Source: Acidobacteriota bacterium (lineage in GTDB: Bacteria > Acidobacteriota > UBA6911 > RPQK01 > JADFOI01). Taken from it: DNA of 64,000 nucleotides. Positions within the stretch are counted from its first letter, which is position 1. Every line of letters begins with the position of its first letter. Where the stretch lies: positions 2,752,001 to 2,816,000 of the forward strand of contig OY760074.1 of assembly GCA_963663035.1 (NCBI GenBank), written 5' to 3'. The translations under genes and the position numbers were made by a program. Below the pieces are notes generated by a model that did not search any database, was not told the DNA's origin, and saw only the letters and a list, made by a program, of their open reading frames with translations. Positions 61,506 to 64,000 of the stretch are shown in pieces.

Positions 61506-64000
61506 CTCACTTGTCTGCTACAGGTCCGTTCCTGGACTGGAAGAGAGTCCGGTCCTTGGATTCCCACGTCTCGTCGCCTCCACCATCATGCTGTCGGCGC
61601 TCCTGTCCGGCGTCGCCATGCACCAAGTCCACGCCCAGAACAACAACTCGATCTGCGAGCAGGAGACCCCCCCCGAGATCTGCTCCTGGGGCGGGGAAGT
61701 GCAAGTGTCAACGTCCACGTTGACGATCAGGGAGGGAGAAACCATCAGCTACGCCATAAGGCTCAGTGAGCAGCCGTCCGCCGACGGCTGGTGGGTACGG
61801 ATCCATGTCAACGGAGTGGTGTACATCAACGGCAACCACGGCAACAGCGAGGGAATAGGCATTCGTTGGGTGCCGTCCGTCGGCTGGCAGTTCGATCGGG
61901 AGGAGGGTAAGGAAGATTCGGATCCAACGCAATGGCGAAACGTTCATATAAAAGCATTCCAAGACAACGATGATGATAAGGATGAGTTTGTGACCATCAC
62001 CCACGAGGTGTCGGACGAGAACTTCCAATGCCCACCATCCCTGCACGGTGTGGCCCCTGTGAAGGTGCAAGTCACGGACGACGAGTCGGCGTCGACGGAG
62101 GTGGCGTTGTCGGTGAATCCGATGACGGTGAGCGAAGGGGCGGGCGGAACGACGGTGACGGTGAGGGCGGCGCTGAACGGAGCGCCGCGGTTGGGATCGA
62201 CGCCGGTGAAGGTGGCGGTGGGCAGGACGAGAGACAGCGCGACGGAGGGGACGGACTACGAGACGGTCGATGACCTGACGGTAACGATTCCCGAGGGATT
62301 GACGAGTGCGACGGAGAGGTTCACGTTGACGCCGACCGACGACGTCGTCGTCGAGAGCGACAAGACGGTGACCGTGAGCGGGACGACCACCGCCTCGGGC
62401 ATCACCACTGTCAACCCGGCCACCCTCACCATCACCGACGACGACGTTCCGCCGGACACCATCGAGCTGAAGGTGAGTCCCGCCAGCGTCGCCGAGACCG
62501 CCGGGGAGACAGACATCATGGTGACGGCAGCTTTCCCGCAGGGGAGCACCACCCTGTCAACGCCCACGGGAACGTTACTCTGGCGGCAGCGACTGGTGAA
62601 CGTTACTCTGGCGGCAGCGACTGCCCAGACCGCCGATTTCACTCCGGTGCAGCCCTTCAACGTCACCATCCCCGCCAGCGCCCGTAGCGGGACGGCAACC
62701 TTTCAGTTCACGCCCAACGACGACACCTACATGGAAGGTTCCGAGACGGTGACCGTGAGCGGGACCACCACCGCCTCGGGCATCACCACTATCAACCCGG
62801 CCACCCTCACCATCATCGACGACGACACACCGAACAATCCGCCGACGGGGCAGCCGAGGATTACCGGTACGCCGCAGGTGGGCCAGACCCTGACGGCGGT
62901 GACGACCGACATTCAAGACGCCGACGGCCTGGGCGACTTCGCCTATCAGTGGAAGGCCGACGAAACGAATATCGCCGAGGCAATGGATTCAAGCTACAGG
63001 CTGACCAACAATGAGGGCGGTAAGCGGATCACGGTCACGGTGAGCTTCACCGACGGCATCGGCACCGAAGAAACCGTGACCAGCCAGCCGACCGCCGCGG
63101 TCAGGGACGCGGTTACCCCGCGCTCACCTCCACCCCCGCCGGTCCTGACGGTGGCGTTCGACCTGGCAAGCTACAGCACGACGGAAGGTGGCGATCCGGT
63201 GACGCTGAGGGTGGCGCTGAACCGGACCTCCAACCAGGACCTCACGATTCCAATTACGGTGATGCCGCAAGGCGCGACGGAAGCGGATGATTACACGGTT
63301 TCCGGTCTCACCGATGGAGCGTTGAGTTTTGCTCCCGAAGACCTCTCCAAGACGTTCATGATCGTGGCCAACGAGGACACCGACAGCGACAATGAGACGA
63401 TAGAGTTGGGCTTCGGGACGCTGCCAGAGGGGGTCAGCAAAGGTGAGATGGCCACGGCCACCCTCACCATCATCGACAACGAAACACCGAACAATCCGCC
63501 GACGGGGCAGCCGAGGATTACCGGTACGGCGCGGGTGGGCCAAACCCTGACGGCGGTGACGACCGACATTCAAGACGCCGACGGCCTGGGCGACTTCGCC
63601 TATCAGTGGAAGGCCGACGAAACGAATATCGCCGAGGCAATGGATTCAAGCTACAGGCTGACCAACAATGAGGGCGGTAAGCGGATCACGGTCACGGTGA
63701 GCTTCACCGACAGCATCGGCACCGAAGAAACCGTGACCAGCCAGCCGACCGCCGCGGTCAGGGACGCGGTTACCCCGCCCCCACCTCCACCCCCGCCGGT
63801 CCTGACGGTGGCGTTCGACCTGGCAAGCTACAGCACGACGGAAGGTGGCGATCCGGTGACGCTGAGGGTGGCGCTGAACCGGACCTCCAACCAGGACCTA
63901 ACGATTCCAATCACGGTGATGCCGCAAGGCGCGACGGAAGCGGATGATTACACGGTTTCCGGTCTCACCGATGGAGCGTTGAGTTTTGCTCCCGAAGACC
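61498..64000 (+). CDS. Large secreted adhesin-like protein with Calx-beta/Ig-like repeats (runs off the window end)
   Basis: Frame appears open from ATG 61498 to the end; signal-like segment; ATLTITDDD, PTGQPRITGT..VGQTLTA, YQWKAD. Absent from the ORF track because there is no stop. Confidence 0.85.
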   Translation, partial: MFSSLVCYRSVPGLEESPVLGFPRLVASTIMLSALLSGVAMHQVHAQNNNSICEQETPPEICSWGGEVQVSTSTLTIREGETISYAIRLSEQPSADGWWVRIHVNGVVYINGNHGNSEGIGIRWVPSVGWQFDREEGKEDSDPTQWRNVHIKAFQDNDDDKDEFVTITHEVSDENFQCPPSLHGVAPVKVQVTDDESASTEVALSVNPMTVSEGAGGTTVTVRAALNGAPRLGSTPVKVAVGRTRDSATEGTDYETVDDLTVTIPEGLTSATERFTLTPTDDVVVESDKTVTVSGTTTASGITTVNPATLTITDDDVPPDTIELKVSPASVAETAGETDIMVTAAFPQGSTTLSTPTGTLLWRQRLVNVTLAAATAQTADFTPVQPFNVTIPASARSGTATFQFTPNDDTYMEGSETVTVSGTTTASGITTINPATLTIIDDDTPNNPPTGQPRITGTPQVGQTLTAVTTDIQDADGLGDFAYQWKADETNIAEAMDSSYRLTNNEGGKRITVTVSFTDGIGTEETVTSQPTAAVRDAVTPRSPPPPPVLTVAFDLASYSTTEGGDPVTLRVALNRTSNQDLTIPITVMPQGATEADDYTVSGLTDGALSFAPEDLSKTFMIVANEDTDSDNETIELGFGTLPEGVSKGEMATATLTIIDNETPNNPPTGQPRITGTARVGQTLTAVTTDIQDADGLGDFAYQWKADETNIAEAMDSSYRLTNNEGGKRITVTVSFTDSIGTEETVTSQPTAAVRDAVTPPPPPPPPVLTVAFDLASYSTTEGGDPVTLRVALNRTSNQDLTIPITVMPQGATEADDYTVSGLTDGALSFAPED
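62800..64000 (+). repeat. 657-bp (219-aa) near-identical tandem repeat
   Basis: For example, GCCTATCAGTGGAAG at 62941 and 63598. Confidence 0.9.

Overview
A 64-kb, GC-rich, plasmid-like or integrated-element mosaic with almost no housekeeping genes (a YggT gene aside). The Sel1, Calx-beta-like and Excalibur genes suggest a host-associated bacterium, perhaps a sponge-type Acidobacterium (inference). It contains: (1) defence genes: a fused type IIG-like restriction-modification enzyme, a six-gene type 1 BREX operon whose brxL is split by a tandem duplication, a truncated type ISP R-M enzyme, a solo PD-(D/E)xK-like nuclease, a phosphatase/ADP-ribosylglycohydrolase fusion and five toxin-antitoxin loci; (2) plasmid backbone: an IncW-type RepA plus two RepA remnants, two homologous iteron origins with different iterons, two partition loci and a partial transfer module (coupling protein, VirB11-like ATPase, thermonuclease); (3) many IS elements and fragments (IS5/IS903, IS3, IS6, IS1182-like); (4) secreted repeat proteins. 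The most striking unexplained structure is a Tn21/Tn501-like res site with a decayed resolvase start at 35.8-35.9 kb. Two symmetric copies of its crossover site (site I) lie at 13.04 kb and 19.94 kb. The three sites delimit an ADP-ribosylhydrolase/nuclease block and the BREX block, and the outer two coincide with the ends of a 411-bp inverted repeat. This suggests defence cassettes assembled or shuffled by serine-resolvase recombination. All family assignments come from motif recognition, not database searches.
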